A DNA stretch of 64,000 nt from assembly GCA_902776475.1 (NCBI GenBank), contig CACYQD010000014.1, positions 68,146-132,145 of the forward strand, given 5' to 3'. Shown here in pieces: positions 53,239 through 62,689 of the stretch. The stretch's first letter is position 1. Each line of letters begins with the position of its first letter. Source of the stretch: an uncultured Prevotellaceae bacterium. Lineage in GTDB: Bacteria > Bacteroidota > Bacteroidia > Bacteroidales > Bacteroidaceae. The notes under the pieces are model-generated. The model did no database searches, was not told the origin of the DNA, and worked only from the letters and a program-made list of their open reading frames with translations. The position numbers and the translations under genes were made by a program.

Positions 53239-54081
53239 ATGCGACCACGTCATACAGCGATACTGATGGCCACCTACAACGGGGGCAGGCATCTGAGAGA
53301 ACAGATGGACTCCATCCTCTCCCAGACTGACAAGGATTGGACGCTGTATGTGCATGACGACGGTTCATCTGACGACACCAGGCAGATCATCGATGAATAT
53401 GTGGCTGCCTGCGACCAAGTGAAGGTCCTTGACTATGCGCCATGTGGCGGTGCCTGCGCCAATTTCCTCAGCATGCTCCAACGGGTGGAGGCAGACTACT
53501 ATCTCTTCTCCGACCAGGATGACGTGTGGCTCGCCGACAAAATCCGGCTGACACGTCAGGAAATGGCCTGTCAGGAGGAGCGGCACCCCGGAAAACCGGT
53601 CGTCGTGCATACCGACCTCTATGTGACTGACGGACAACTGAACATCCTCCATGAGTCATTCATGACGCTTGCAGGCATCCACCCGGAGTTTCTGACCACT
53701 TTCGACGAGTGCGTCATTCCCTTCGTGACCGGCTGCACGATGATGTTCAATGCTGAGGCCCGTCGCCAGACCGTGTTCCCAGCTGATGCGGCGGTCATGC
53801 ACGACAGTTGGGTAACCCTGTGCTCCCTGAGGGCAGACGGTGTGGTGAGCGTGCTTCGTCAACCCCTGGTGCTGTACCGCCAGCACGGCCACAACTCCGT
53901 GGGCGCGCGCGACGTGAGCACCATCACCTGGGGCTACCGGTTGCATCACCTGAAGGAAATCCTTTCCCTCAACAGGCGCATCTACGGTATGCTGCGCGCC
54001 TTGGGATACGGTTCGGTGCTCAAATACATCCGATACAAGCGGAGATACCGCCGGATGGTTCATGGCCGTGCATCCCGCTGA
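53239..54081 (+). CDS. Glycosyltransferase family 2 (rhamnosyltransferase-like)
   Basis: LMATYNG, HDDGSSD, FSDQDDVW, VTGCTMMFN, MHDSW, YRQHG. Confidence 0.92.
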   Translation: MRPRHTAILMATYNGGRHLREQMDSILSQTDKDWTLYVHDDGSSDDTRQIIDEYVAACDQVKVLDYAPCGGACANFLSMLQRVEADYYLFSDQDDVWLADKIRLTRQEMACQEERHPGKPVVVHTDLYVTDGQLNILHESFMTLAGIHPEFLTTFDECVIPFVTGCTMMFNAEARRQTVFPADAAVMHDSWVTLCSLRADGVVSVLRQPLVLYRQHGHNSVGARDVSTITWGYRLHHLKEILSLNRRIYGMLRALGYGSVLKYIRYKRRYRRMVHGRASR

Positions 54082-54114
54082 CCTTATAACGACAAAAATG
54101 CTAATTCTCTGATC

Positions 54115-55203
54115 ATGGAAGAATATCAAAGCAAGAAGATTGTCATCGACTATTTTGGCCTGGTCAAGGTCATCAAGTCCGACAAATTGTGGATGGGCCT
54201 GTTTGTCGGCCTGGCGGCAGTCCTCGGACTCGCCGTTGCCTTCGGCACCCCCAAAGAATACAAGTCAAGCGTCATGCTCGCCCCGGAGACGGCCACGAGC
54301 AACAACCTGACGTCGGGTATCTCCTCCCTGGCTTCTATGGTGGGCATGGACATGAACTTCGGCAACAGCGATGACGCCATCTACCCCGAACTCTACCCCG
54401 ACCTGATCCAGTCGACAGACTTCCTTGTCAACCTGTTTCCCATCCAGGTGGAGACAAAGGACGGTAAACTGCGCACGGATTACTACGACTATCTGAAAAA
54501 CCACAACAAGAAAGGGTGGTGGACGGCTCCCGCCCGGTGGTTGGCCGCCTTTGTGGAGAAAATGACGTCGGATGACAATGCCTTCCAGGGCGAGGCCAAT
54601 AAAGTGAACCCCTTCCGGTTGACGAAGGAACAGTTCAATATCGCTCACAATATCAGCCAGAACATTGACTGCATGGTCGATAAGAAGACGAGCGTCATCA
54701 CCATCGAGGTGACAGACCAGGACCCGGTCATCGCAGCCACCATGGCTGACTCCGTGAAAAACCGGCTGCAGGTGTTTATCACCAACTACCGCACGCAGAA
54801 GGCCCGCAATGACCTGGCTTACATGCAACAGTTGTTTGCTGAGGCCAGGGAACAGTATGTGATGGCTCGCCAGCAGTTTGCTGCCTTCTCCGATGCCAAC
54901 CAGGATGTCCTCCTCCAGTCCTACCGTTCCAAACAGGATGATTTGGAGAACGACATGCAACTCAAGTACAACGCCTACAGCCAGGTCTATGACCAACTGC
55001 AACTGTCGAAGGCGAAAGTGCAGGAGCGCACGCCTGCTTTCACCGTCGTGCAGTCGGCCTCCGTACCCATCAAGCACAGCAATAAGTCCAAAATCTCTGT
55101 CCTGCTGACCTTTATGTTTCTGGGAGCGTTCTGCAGACTGTTGGTGCTGCTGGTCTCACGGCGCAAGGAAATCTTCCGTATAGTGACTGCCGACGCCAAA
55201 TGA
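54115..55203 (+). CDS. wzz: Wzz-type chain-length determinant 1
   Basis: Two TM helices; PKEYKSSVMLAPE, DAIYPELYPD, ITIEVTDQDP, coiled coil, TPAFTVVQSASVP. Confidence 0.88.
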   Translation: MEEYQSKKIVIDYFGLVKVIKSDKLWMGLFVGLAAVLGLAVAFGTPKEYKSSVMLAPETATSNNLTSGISSLASMVGMDMNFGNSDDAIYPELYPDLIQSTDFLVNLFPIQVETKDGKLRTDYYDYLKNHNKKGWWTAPARWLAAFVEKMTSDDNAFQGEANKVNPFRLTKEQFNIAHNISQNIDCMVDKKTSVITIEVTDQDPVIAATMADSVKNRLQVFITNYRTQKARNDLAYMQQLFAEAREQYVMARQQFAAFSDANQDVLLQSYRSKQDDLENDMQLKYNAYSQVYDQLQLSKAKVQERTPAFTVVQSASVPIKHSNKSKISVLLTFMFLGAFCRLLVLLVSRRKEIFRIVTADAK

Positions 55204-55214
55204 AGTAGGACCAG

Positions 55215-56207
55215 ATGACGGAGCCGAGAGGATATACTTGGAGCGCCGGCGCAGAATGCGCCAGACACTGGAAATGGTTTGCAGCCGCAGCCGCAGGTGC
55301 ACTGCTGTTGGCCATTGCCATCTCGGCCAGTCTCCCCAAGGAATACTCCGCTCAGGTGAAGATCTCCGACGAAAGGAAGGAGACCGACATCTTGATAGGC
55401 CTGAACAATTTCGCGGCATGGGCGCGCGGCACCATCAATGAGCGCAAGGGATACCGCATGCCGGAGGTCTATGCGATGACCGTCACCACCAAGGAATTCG
55501 CGGAGGAGATGGCCAAGGTCAAGGTGGAGGGTTTTCACACGGACTACTACCACTACATCCTCAAGCACCACAAGTCGCCCTGGTGGGACAAACTGCTGCA
55601 CATCGGTGATGATCCGGTGGATGAGCACGACCGTGTCATTGACATCATCCAGCAGAACATCCGTTCGGAGGCCTCTTCCGTCTATAACACGACACTGTTG
55701 CAGGTGACAGACCAGGATCCGGTGGTGGCGGCCATGATGGTTGACACCATCCGTGTGCGGCTCGAACAGAAGTTGAAGAGACATTACTACACGAGGGCGT
55801 TCCGCGACTTGATCCAGGCGAGGGAGAAAACGGCGATGGCGGAGACCCGCTACCGGAAAGCGCAGAAGGACTATATTGACTTCGCCGACAGCAACCAGGA
55901 ACTGACCTCGCCGGCGGCCACCAGTCAGGAGAATCACCTGTTTACGGAATACGAGACGGCATTTGATGCGTACAACAAGGAGTGTGAGCAACTGCGCCGT
56001 GCCCAGGCGTTGCTGGACAAGCAGCCTTCGACATTTGCCGTCCTGAAAAACGCGACAGTTCCCCTGCGGCCTTCACGTCCGGCTACGGTGGGATATGTCC
56101 TGTCGTTTGTCTTCATCGCCCTGACGTTTACGGCGTGGATCGTGCTGGGTAGGAGGAAATACAGGGAATACAAGTCATTGGAAACGAGAGACAACGGATG
56201 GAAATAG
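55215..56207 (+). CDS. wzz: Wzz-type chain-length determinant 2 (divergent paralogue)
   Basis: PKEYSAQVKI, LQVTDQDPVVAAMM, coiled coil, FAVLKNATVPLRP, C-terminal TM. Confidence 0.8.
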   Translation: MTEPRGYTWSAGAECARHWKWFAAAAAGALLLAIAISASLPKEYSAQVKISDERKETDILIGLNNFAAWARGTINERKGYRMPEVYAMTVTTKEFAEEMAKVKVEGFHTDYYHYILKHHKSPWWDKLLHIGDDPVDEHDRVIDIIQQNIRSEASSVYNTTLLQVTDQDPVVAAMMVDTIRVRLEQKLKRHYYTRAFRDLIQAREKTAMAETRYRKAQKDYIDFADSNQELTSPAATSQENHLFTEYETAFDAYNKECEQLRRAQALLDKQPSTFAVLKNATVPLRPSRPATVGYVLSFVFIALTFTAWIVLGRRKYREYKSLETRDNGWK

Positions 56208-57403
56208 CAATTATCATCATCATGAGCGTGATGCTCGTCGCCTTCCTTGCACTCAAGGTGGGTGACGTGTTCGCTCCATGGACCATCACCACGACGATAT
56301 GGCTCGCCATCCTCGTGATGTTTCAGTTCCAGGGCAAGTTGCTCTATCCCCTGGGCAGCCAGTTCTATGGTTGTCTCATGCTGTGGGTGCCCATCTTCTG
56401 CCTCTCTTCCCTTGTGACCTATTTTGTCATGCCCGACAATGGCGACCCGCATGAGCGGTCAGCCTCCGTGCCGCAGTTCAACCATACGGTGTTCACGGTG
56501 CTCTATGTCATCTCCATGGTCATCACCCCGCTTTATCTCTATGAGATCATGAAGACGGTGATGATGTTCGACACGGCCGATATGCTCTACAACCTCCGTA
56601 TCCTGGCCGTGCATGGTGACGAGAAATATGGTTTCCTCAATTATTCCTACGTGCTCAACCAGGTGCTGCTGGTGGTAGCCCTGTGGCAATATCCCAAGGT
56701 GCCGATGTGGCAGTTGGCGACCATTATCATCGCCAGTCTGATGAGCGCTTTCGCCATCATGGAGAAGGGCATGGTGTTCTTCCTGTTCTCCGGGGTGCTG
56801 TTCACGCTGTATGAGAAGCGGGTGATCCGCATGAGGTCGATCATCATGTCGGCCGTCTCGGTGGTGGTCTTGTTCTTCCTCATCAACGTGGCCCGTGATT
56901 ACCGTGAGGATGCCAATCCCGACGACGCCATGTCGTTTCTCGACTTCTTCGGCATCTACGTCCTGTCGCCTTCTGTGGCCTTTGAGCGGGTCCATGAGGA
57001 CCTCACGCCTCAGTTTGGCTCTCACACCTTTCACACGGTCTATTTGTTCCTCAACCGTTTCGGAGGACAATATGAGGTGAAGGCCGCCCTGCAGGAATTT
57101 GTGTGGGTGCCTCTCCCCACCAACGTCTATACGGTGTTCCAGCCATTTTTTGAGGATTTCAAATACAAGGGCGTGGCGTTCTTCGCCATGTTCTACGGCC
57201 TGTTCTCCGGTTGGTGCTACCGCCTGATGCGCAATGGCAACGGGGTGGGCAAGTGCCTCTATGTCTATGTCGTCTATGTGCTGGCCTTGCAGTTCTTCCA
57301 GGAGAACGTGATGATCAGCATCGTGAACATCATCCAGTTCATCTTCTTCGTCACGCTGATCCAGCAGCAGGTGTTCAAAGTCGATTTCATCCCCCGAAAG
57401 TGA
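56198..57403 (+). CDS. wzy: O-antigen/polysaccharide polymerase
   Basis: 10-12 TM helices; FGSHTF, PLPTNVYTVFQPFFEDF loop typical of oligosaccharide repeat-unit polymerases. Confidence 0.85.
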   Translation: MEIAIIIIMSVMLVAFLALKVGDVFAPWTITTTIWLAILVMFQFQGKLLYPLGSQFYGCLMLWVPIFCLSSLVTYFVMPDNGDPHERSASVPQFNHTVFTVLYVISMVITPLYLYEIMKTVMMFDTADMLYNLRILAVHGDEKYGFLNYSYVLNQVLLVVALWQYPKVPMWQLATIIIASLMSAFAIMEKGMVFFLFSGVLFTLYEKRVIRMRSIIMSAVSVVVLFFLINVARDYREDANPDDAMSFLDFFGIYVLSPSVAFERVHEDLTPQFGSHTFHTVYLFLNRFGGQYEVKAALQEFVWVPLPTNVYTVFQPFFEDFKYKGVAFFAMFYGLFSGWCYRLMRNGNGVGKCLYVYVVYVLALQFFQENVMISIVNIIQFIFFVTLIQQQVFKVDFIPRK

Positions 57404-57409
57404 GTGGCC

Positions 57410-58309
57410 ATGGCTAAAGTTTGTGTCCTTTTGTCCGCGTACAACGGTGAGCAGTTTATCGAAGAGCAGTTGGCGTCGCTGACGGCTCAGAAAGGGGTGG
57501 AAGTGGAGATTCTCGTCAGGGATGATGGTTCGACCGACACGACCCGCACCATTCTCGAACGATGGCAGCAGAAGGGTGCGCTGAGTTGGTACGGGGGTGA
57601 GAACCTGGGCTGGGCGATGAGTTTCATCCATCTGCTCTGCCATGCGCCCGAGTCCGACTACTATGCCTTCTGCGACCACGATGATATCTGGTTGCCGGAG
57701 AAATTGGAGGAGGCGGTCAAGATGCTGGAGAGGATGTCTGGCGACAAAAAACTGTATTTCTCCAACCTCAATTATTACAAGGACGGGAAAGACGAGGGAC
57801 TGGTCAAACCCGCCGTTCTCCACTACAATATCCGCACGGCCCTGGTGAAGTGCATCACCCTGGGCTGTACGATGGTCATGAACCGTGGTCTGCAGCAGAG
57901 CATCTCGCAACATCCGCCGAAGTCGGTCTGTGCCCATGATTTCTGGGTCTATCAGGTGGCCTTGGCTGTGGGAAATGTCTGTTATGACCCCAGGTCGTTC
58001 ATCCTTTACCGTCAGCATGCCCACAACCAGATCGGACAGACCCGTTCGTGGTGTGAGATCTGGAGAAGCCGTCTCAAAAGACTGAAGGGGCTGCGCCACC
58101 AGCACGACAGGGAGGAGTTGGCCACACAACTCCTGGAATGCCATGGCACCGAAATGGATGAGGAGACGAGGGCTGCCGTGAGAAAAGTGGCCGACTACAG
58201 GCGAAGTCTGAAAAACCGTCTGTCGCTCTTCGCCGACCGGCGCTACACGATGGGCCGGCGCTCCAATGACGTCTGGCTCAGGCTGCGGATTTTATTTGGT
58301 AAACTCTAA
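57410..58309 (+). CDS. Glycosyltransferase family 2
   Basis: LLSAYNGE, RDDGSTD, FCDHDDIW, GCTMV, AHDFW, YRQH. Confidence 0.92.
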   Translation: MAKVCVLLSAYNGEQFIEEQLASLTAQKGVEVEILVRDDGSTDTTRTILERWQQKGALSWYGGENLGWAMSFIHLLCHAPESDYYAFCDHDDIWLPEKLEEAVKMLERMSGDKKLYFSNLNYYKDGKDEGLVKPAVLHYNIRTALVKCITLGCTMVMNRGLQQSISQHPPKSVCAHDFWVYQVALAVGNVCYDPRSFILYRQHAHNQIGQTRSWCEIWRSRLKRLKGLRHQHDREELATQLLECHGTEMDEETRAAVRKVADYRRSLKNRLSLFADRRYTMGRRSNDVWLRLRILFGKL

Positions 58310-58324
58310 AATCATCTCTCTTTG

Positions 58325-58393
58325 GCAAATTCTCGCACTATAGCAAATTCTCACTTTAGCAACCCCTCTCACATTAGCAAATAATCTCACCTA
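58325..58393. repeat. Four degenerate 16-18 bp direct repeats just before the acetyltransferase ATG
   Basis: gcaaattctcgcactata / gcaaattctcacttta / gcaacccctctcacatta / gcaaataatctcaccta. Confidence 0.7.
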
Positions 58394-59091
58394 TGATGTG
58401 CAAAATACTGCTTATACTGGTCCTGCTGCTCTATCTGAAATGGATTCTGATGCTCATTTTCTTCCCGTTTCAGGCTATCTGCGGACAACTCATGCGCAGG
58501 AACTGGAGCCTGAAGAAGATAGCTGTCTTCTGTGCCCCGTATCTCGCTTGGGAATGGCTGCTCAGATGGGGCTGGCAACGGTATATGCTCTATCAGGTGT
58601 CGACATTGCCCTCCTGCCATCTGAGGAAGTTCATTTACAAGGCTTTGGGCGCCTCTGTCGGTCCCAAAGTGGTCTTCCATTTCCGGACGGAGATCCGCTA
58701 TCCCCATTGCCTCACCGTGGGACGGGGCACCATTATCGGTGACAATGCTTTGCTGGATGCCCGGCGTGGACTGACCTTGGGCAATCATGTCAATATCTCG
58801 TCCAACGTGTCAATCTATACCGAACAGCATGACCACCGTGACCCCGACTTCAGATGCACGAATCCTGAGACCAAGGCTGTGAGCGTCGGCGACAGGGTCT
58901 GGCTGGGGAGCAACGTCGTGGTGCTTCCGGGAGTCACGATAGGAGAGGGTGCTGTGTGCTGTGCGGGATGCGTTGTGACCAAGGATGTGCCACCTTATGC
59001 CATCGTGGCGGGAATACCTGCCCGGCAGGTGGCGGAGCGTCCGAAAAACCTGCGATACGAGTTCGACGGCAAGACCTACCGGCTCTATTGA
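58393..59091 (+). CDS. Hexapeptide-repeat O-acyltransferase (LbH)
   Basis: N-terminal hydrophobic segment; LTVGRGTIIG, IYTEQHD, VGDRVWLG, LPGVTIGEGAV, VTKDV, GIPAR. Confidence 0.9.
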   Translation: MMCKILLILVLLLYLKWILMLIFFPFQAICGQLMRRNWSLKKIAVFCAPYLAWEWLLRWGWQRYMLYQVSTLPSCHLRKFIYKALGASVGPKVVFHFRTEIRYPHCLTVGRGTIIGDNALLDARRGLTLGNHVNISSNVSIYTEQHDHRDPDFRCTNPETKAVSVGDRVWLGSNVVVLPGVTIGEGAVCCAGCVVTKDVPPYAIVAGIPARQVAERPKNLRYEFDGKTYRLY

Positions 59092-59118
59092 TTTCGGCTT
59101 AAGTAGTAAGGAGTGTAG

Positions 59119-59364
59119 TCCCCCTCACCCATCCTCTCCCTCAAGGGAGAGGGGCTGCTTCCTTTTTGAAATCAGTCCTTCCCTCTTTGGGAGACACTGC
59201 AAACTTATCCCTCTCCCTTTGGGAGAAACAACAAACTTATCCCTCTCCCTTTGGGAGACACTGCAAACTTATCCCTCTCCCTTTGGGAGAGGCTAGGTGA
59301 GGGAATTATCTCAAATTGTAGTTTATCCCCCTCTCCCATCCTCTCCCTCAAGGGAGAGGGGCTG
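59119..59364. repeat. Cluster of CCCTCTCCC..GGGAGA hairpins, including three 32-bp tandem units
   Basis: ttatccctctccctttgggaga at 59205, 59237, 59269; cccatcctctccctcaagggagaggggctg at 59128 and 59335. Confidence 0.9.
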
Positions 59365-59464
59365 TTTCCTTTTGGGCAGCTTCCTTTTTATCTCTCTCAC
59401 GCTCTGGATAGAAAATAAAGCTCATTTTTATATTTTCTCTCCTCTCGCTTAATCGAACTATTGT

Positions 59465-59563
59465 CCAAACTCCTAATCTCCTAAACTCCTAAACTCCCAA
59501 AACATCCAAACTCCTAAACTCCCCAAAATCCTAAACTCCCCAAAATCCAAACATCCAAAACTC
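59465..59563. repeat. Degenerate 8-9 bp tandem repeat (ctaaactc / ccaaactc)
   Basis: Read directly; same family and orientation as 49717-49805. Confidence 0.9.
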
Positions 59564-59587
59564 TCAAAAGTTGAGCAAATGCTTGAG

Positions 59588-60697
59588 TCATTCAAAAGTC
59601 TTCTGACCTTTACGGCGGATGCCGGCATTGACCAGTTCGTTGAGGATCGTGAACAGGATGATGTCGACAACGAGTGTGTTGGTCAGGTCTATGCCCAGAC
59701 CGAAAGTCATCAGAATGTTCAGTCCGGCGAATCCGAGGGCGGTGGAAAGAATGGCCGCCAATGCCTTGTGCTGGCTGAGTCCCATGCGCATCAGCTTGTG
59801 GTGGATGTGGTTTTTGTCGGCCTTGAAGAGCGGACGGCGGTTGCGGATGCGTTGAAGCACCACTCTGACCACGTCAAACATCGGAACGATGAGCATCGTG
59901 ATGGAGAGGATCAGTCCGTCTTTGTGGTAGCTCATCACATTGGGGTTGTTCATGGCGAATTTCACGAAGAGGAAACCCAGAATGAAACCCAGGGTGAGAC
60001 TGCCTGAGTCGCCCATGAAGATTTTGCGGTTCTTGGCCGGATCACCACAGATGTTGAAATAGAGATAGGGAATCAGCACGCCCATCAGACCGGAAATGAG
60101 GATGGAGTAGGTGAACAGTCCTTCACGCAGGAAGCACACGAGAAATCCACCGAGAGCTAAGAAGGCCAGGCCGCCTGCAAGTCCGTCAATACCGTCGATG
60201 AGGTTGATGGCGTTGTCAATGAAAACGATGAGAAACACCGTCAGCAGTGTGCCTGCCCAGAAAGGTATCTCATGGATGCCCAGGAAACCGTAGAGGTCGT
60301 TGATGTAGAGTCCTGACAGGGGCAGCAGCGTGGCTGCGAGGATCTGCACGGCAAACTTCGATTTGGCCCCCAGTCCGATGATGTCGTCAATCAGTCCGAC
60401 ACCGTAGATGAGGATCAGACTGATGAAGAAGGTGCAGGTCCACAGGCTGATGGCCACATGCTCCTTGCCGGTGAGGTTGTCCATCACCACAAGGGCGATG
60501 AGAAAAGCCAGCAGCATGCTGGGCATAAAGCTGATGCCGCCCAGACGTGGAATGGCGTTTTTGTGCACCTTCCTCGCATTGGGGATATCGTATAGGTTCT
60601 TCTGCTTGCAGAAATTCATGATCTGGGGGATCATGAAGAATCCGCAGAGCGCACTCACGAAGAAGGCTACGACAATAAACAGGATATAAGGCATCAT
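59588..60697 (-). CDS. wecA: Undecaprenyl-phosphate HexNAc-1-phosphate transferase (WecA/MraY family)
   Basis: RKVH..IPRLGG, GLIDD, NAINLIDGIDGLAGG, IFMGDSGS, DKNHIHH. Confidence 0.92.
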   Translation of the reverse strand: MMPYILFIVVAFFVSALCGFFMIPQIMNFCKQKNLYDIPNARKVHKNAIPRLGGISFMPSMLLAFLIALVVMDNLTGKEHVAISLWTCTFFISLILIYGVGLIDDIIGLGAKSKFAVQILAATLLPLSGLYINDLYGFLGIHEIPFWAGTLLTVFLIVFIDNAINLIDGIDGLAGGLAFLALGGFLVCFLREGLFTYSILISGLMGVLIPYLYFNICGDPAKNRKIFMGDSGSLTLGFILGFLFVKFAMNNPNVMSYHKDGLILSITMLIVPMFDVVRVVLQRIRNRRPLFKADKNHIHHKLMRMGLSQHKALAAILSTALGFAGLNILMTFGLGIDLTNTLVVDIILFTILNELVNAGIRRKGQKTFE

Positions 60698-60822
60698 CTA
60701 CAATCAATTATTCCGTGGTGTGTCGGCCACTTTTATATAATAACTCCTCTTCCGCCTGTTTTATTGTTTGAATGTTCAGGATTTTGATTTCCAGAGACCT
60801 ATTTTTTTGCCAATTGCAAAAA

Positions 60823-62151
60823 CTATTGTCTCCAGATGCCTTGTGCGGTGCCCCGCATGATCTTATAATATTGGATCATGTTGACGACGAGTCCGGGGAG
60901 GTTGACGATGATCATGGCAAGTACGATGCTTTCAATCCGTGGACTCACGGTCTTCACAGCCAACCAAGTGAGGGGGATGAACAAAATGGCCGCTCCCACG
61001 GTGAAAAACAGTTGCAGATTGAGTGCTCCCATGCCGTTGAGGAAATAGGCATAGCTCATGCTGGCAAGGATCTCCAGCATGTAGATGGCCATGAGGATGC
61101 TCAATGTGAGGGGTATCTGTACCTCGCTGCCCACCCAGATGCGGTAGGCCGGTGCGGAAACGGCTGTCATGAGGGCCAGCAGGAGAAACACACCAATCAT
61201 GATCTTGTCCATGCTGCGGCGCGACCTGCGTATCCAGTCTTTGTCGCCGCGCTCCCAGGCATCGGTGGTGGCGGTCCAGTAGGGGGCGCTGACGATGGTG
61301 AAGAGCATCATCACCGTACTGAAATAGCGATAAGCTATTTGGTAAGGTGTTACCATCGATGGGTCGAAAAGCTTGGAAATCAGGATGTTGGAGGACATAA
61401 AGAGCAATATGCTCGCAATCTGCAACACGAAGAATTTCACGCCGATGGTGAACAATCCCCCTACGGCCTGTCGGTTGAAAAAACTCCATGATGGACGCAG
61501 TTCGGGATGCAGCCGGTAGAAGGTGTAGGGGTAGGAGAGGAGATAGGCCACCAGCGGTGCGGCGGTGTTGACGATGGCGACATGCATCAGCGAACGGCTT
61601 CCGGCAAGATAGACGGCGTAGGTGCCGACGAGGGCGAGGGTGTGGCCGAGGGTGACGAGCAGGTTATTGACCGCCGGCAACTGGAGTCCGAGATAGACGT
61701 TGCCAATGAACTTGAAGATGAACGTGGAGGAGACAAAAATGATGGACACGATGACGACGGCCTCAAGGTCGGGAATGAGGCCTCGGTCAACATTGAGAAA
61801 GCCATAGAGATCGGCGAAATGCGCGATGGCGATGGCCATTGCCATCACGGGGAGGATGATCACCCCGAGCATGACGAAGGTGGAGGTGACGGCCTCACGT
61901 GCCTGTCGGGTCTCTCCGTGGGCGAGATGGGCCGCGAGTTTGTTGCGCAGACCGTTGCCCAGACCGATGTCGAGGTTGTCGATCCAGATGAGCATCGAAC
62001 TGATGGTGAGCCACAGTCCGTTTTTGTAGTCGCCGAGGCAATGCAGCGTGACAGGCACCAACAAAAGGGTGACCAATCCTGACCACCCTTTAATGAGGAA
62101 AGACACCAGGATGTTTTTCCTCATCAATGCTGTACGACTGTCTGTGACCAT
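60823..62151 (-). CDS. wzx: Polysaccharide flippase (Wzx/MATE-like)
   Basis: 12-14 TM helices; YGLW-like KNGLWLTISS, DIGLGNGLRN, PYQIAYRYF. Confidence 0.85.
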   Translation of the reverse strand: MVTDSRTALMRKNILVSFLIKGWSGLVTLLLVPVTLHCLGDYKNGLWLTISSMLIWIDNLDIGLGNGLRNKLAAHLAHGETRQAREAVTSTFVMLGVIILPVMAMAIAIAHFADLYGFLNVDRGLIPDLEAVVIVSIIFVSSTFIFKFIGNVYLGLQLPAVNNLLVTLGHTLALVGTYAVYLAGSRSLMHVAIVNTAAPLVAYLLSYPYTFYRLHPELRPSWSFFNRQAVGGLFTIGVKFFVLQIASILLFMSSNILISKLFDPSMVTPYQIAYRYFSTVMMLFTIVSAPYWTATTDAWERGDKDWIRRSRRSMDKIMIGVFLLLALMTAVSAPAYRIWVGSEVQIPLTLSILMAIYMLEILASMSYAYFLNGMGALNLQLFFTVGAAILFIPLTWLAVKTVSPRIESIVLAMIIVNLPGLVVNMIQYYKIMRGTAQGIWRQ

Positions 62152-62173
62152 TATTTTAATACTCCCTTCAAAT

Positions 62174-62444
62174 GAGACGCCCCAATGTGACGTCTCTACT
62201 TTTGTTCTGGCATTTCGTATCTATCCCTCTCCCTGAGGGATTCTCAGCAAATCTATCCCTCTCCCTGAGGGAGAGGTTAGGTGAGGGGCAAATGAGACGC
62301 CCCAATGTGACGTCTCTACTTTTGTTCTGACATTTCGTATCTATCCCTCTCCCTGACGGATACTCCCTTCAAATCTATCCCTCTCCTTTTGGGATACCAC
62401 TTAAAAAATATCCCTCTCCCTTTGGGAGAGGTTAGGTGAGGGGC
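62174..62444. repeat. Composite REP element, tandemly duplicated (120-bp period)
   Basis: aaatgagacgccccaatgtgacgtctctacttttgttct at 62170 and 62290; tatccctctccc..gggagaggttaggtgaggggc units. Confidence 0.9.
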
Positions 62445-62689
62445 AAATTTTCATCTTTCATCTTCTTTTCCCAACCATCCCGCACCCTTCCTTGTCGTAA
62501 GGAAGGGCTTCGACCCTCCCCCCGTCCCCCGCCCTCTCCAGGGCGGGGGCTCAACCGCTCCTCCTCGTCGCTCGTTCACTAAGGTATGCTCGACCCATCA
62601 AAGGGTCGGCATCGTGTTTACGCAACAGAGTTGCGATTATTTTTCGGGCTTCGCCCGTCGCTGACATTCATCAGGCAAAGCCCGATAAT

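Noticed and set aside
59205-59290. CRISPR-like array of 22-bp palindromic repeats at a 32-bp period
   Set aside because: Spacers are only 10 nt and nearly identical, there are no cas genes, and the repeat is the dispersed CCCTCTCCC/GGGAGA family
49717-59563. Invertible phase-variable segment
   Set aside because: Flanking tracts are in direct, not inverted, orientation and no recombinase is in the window
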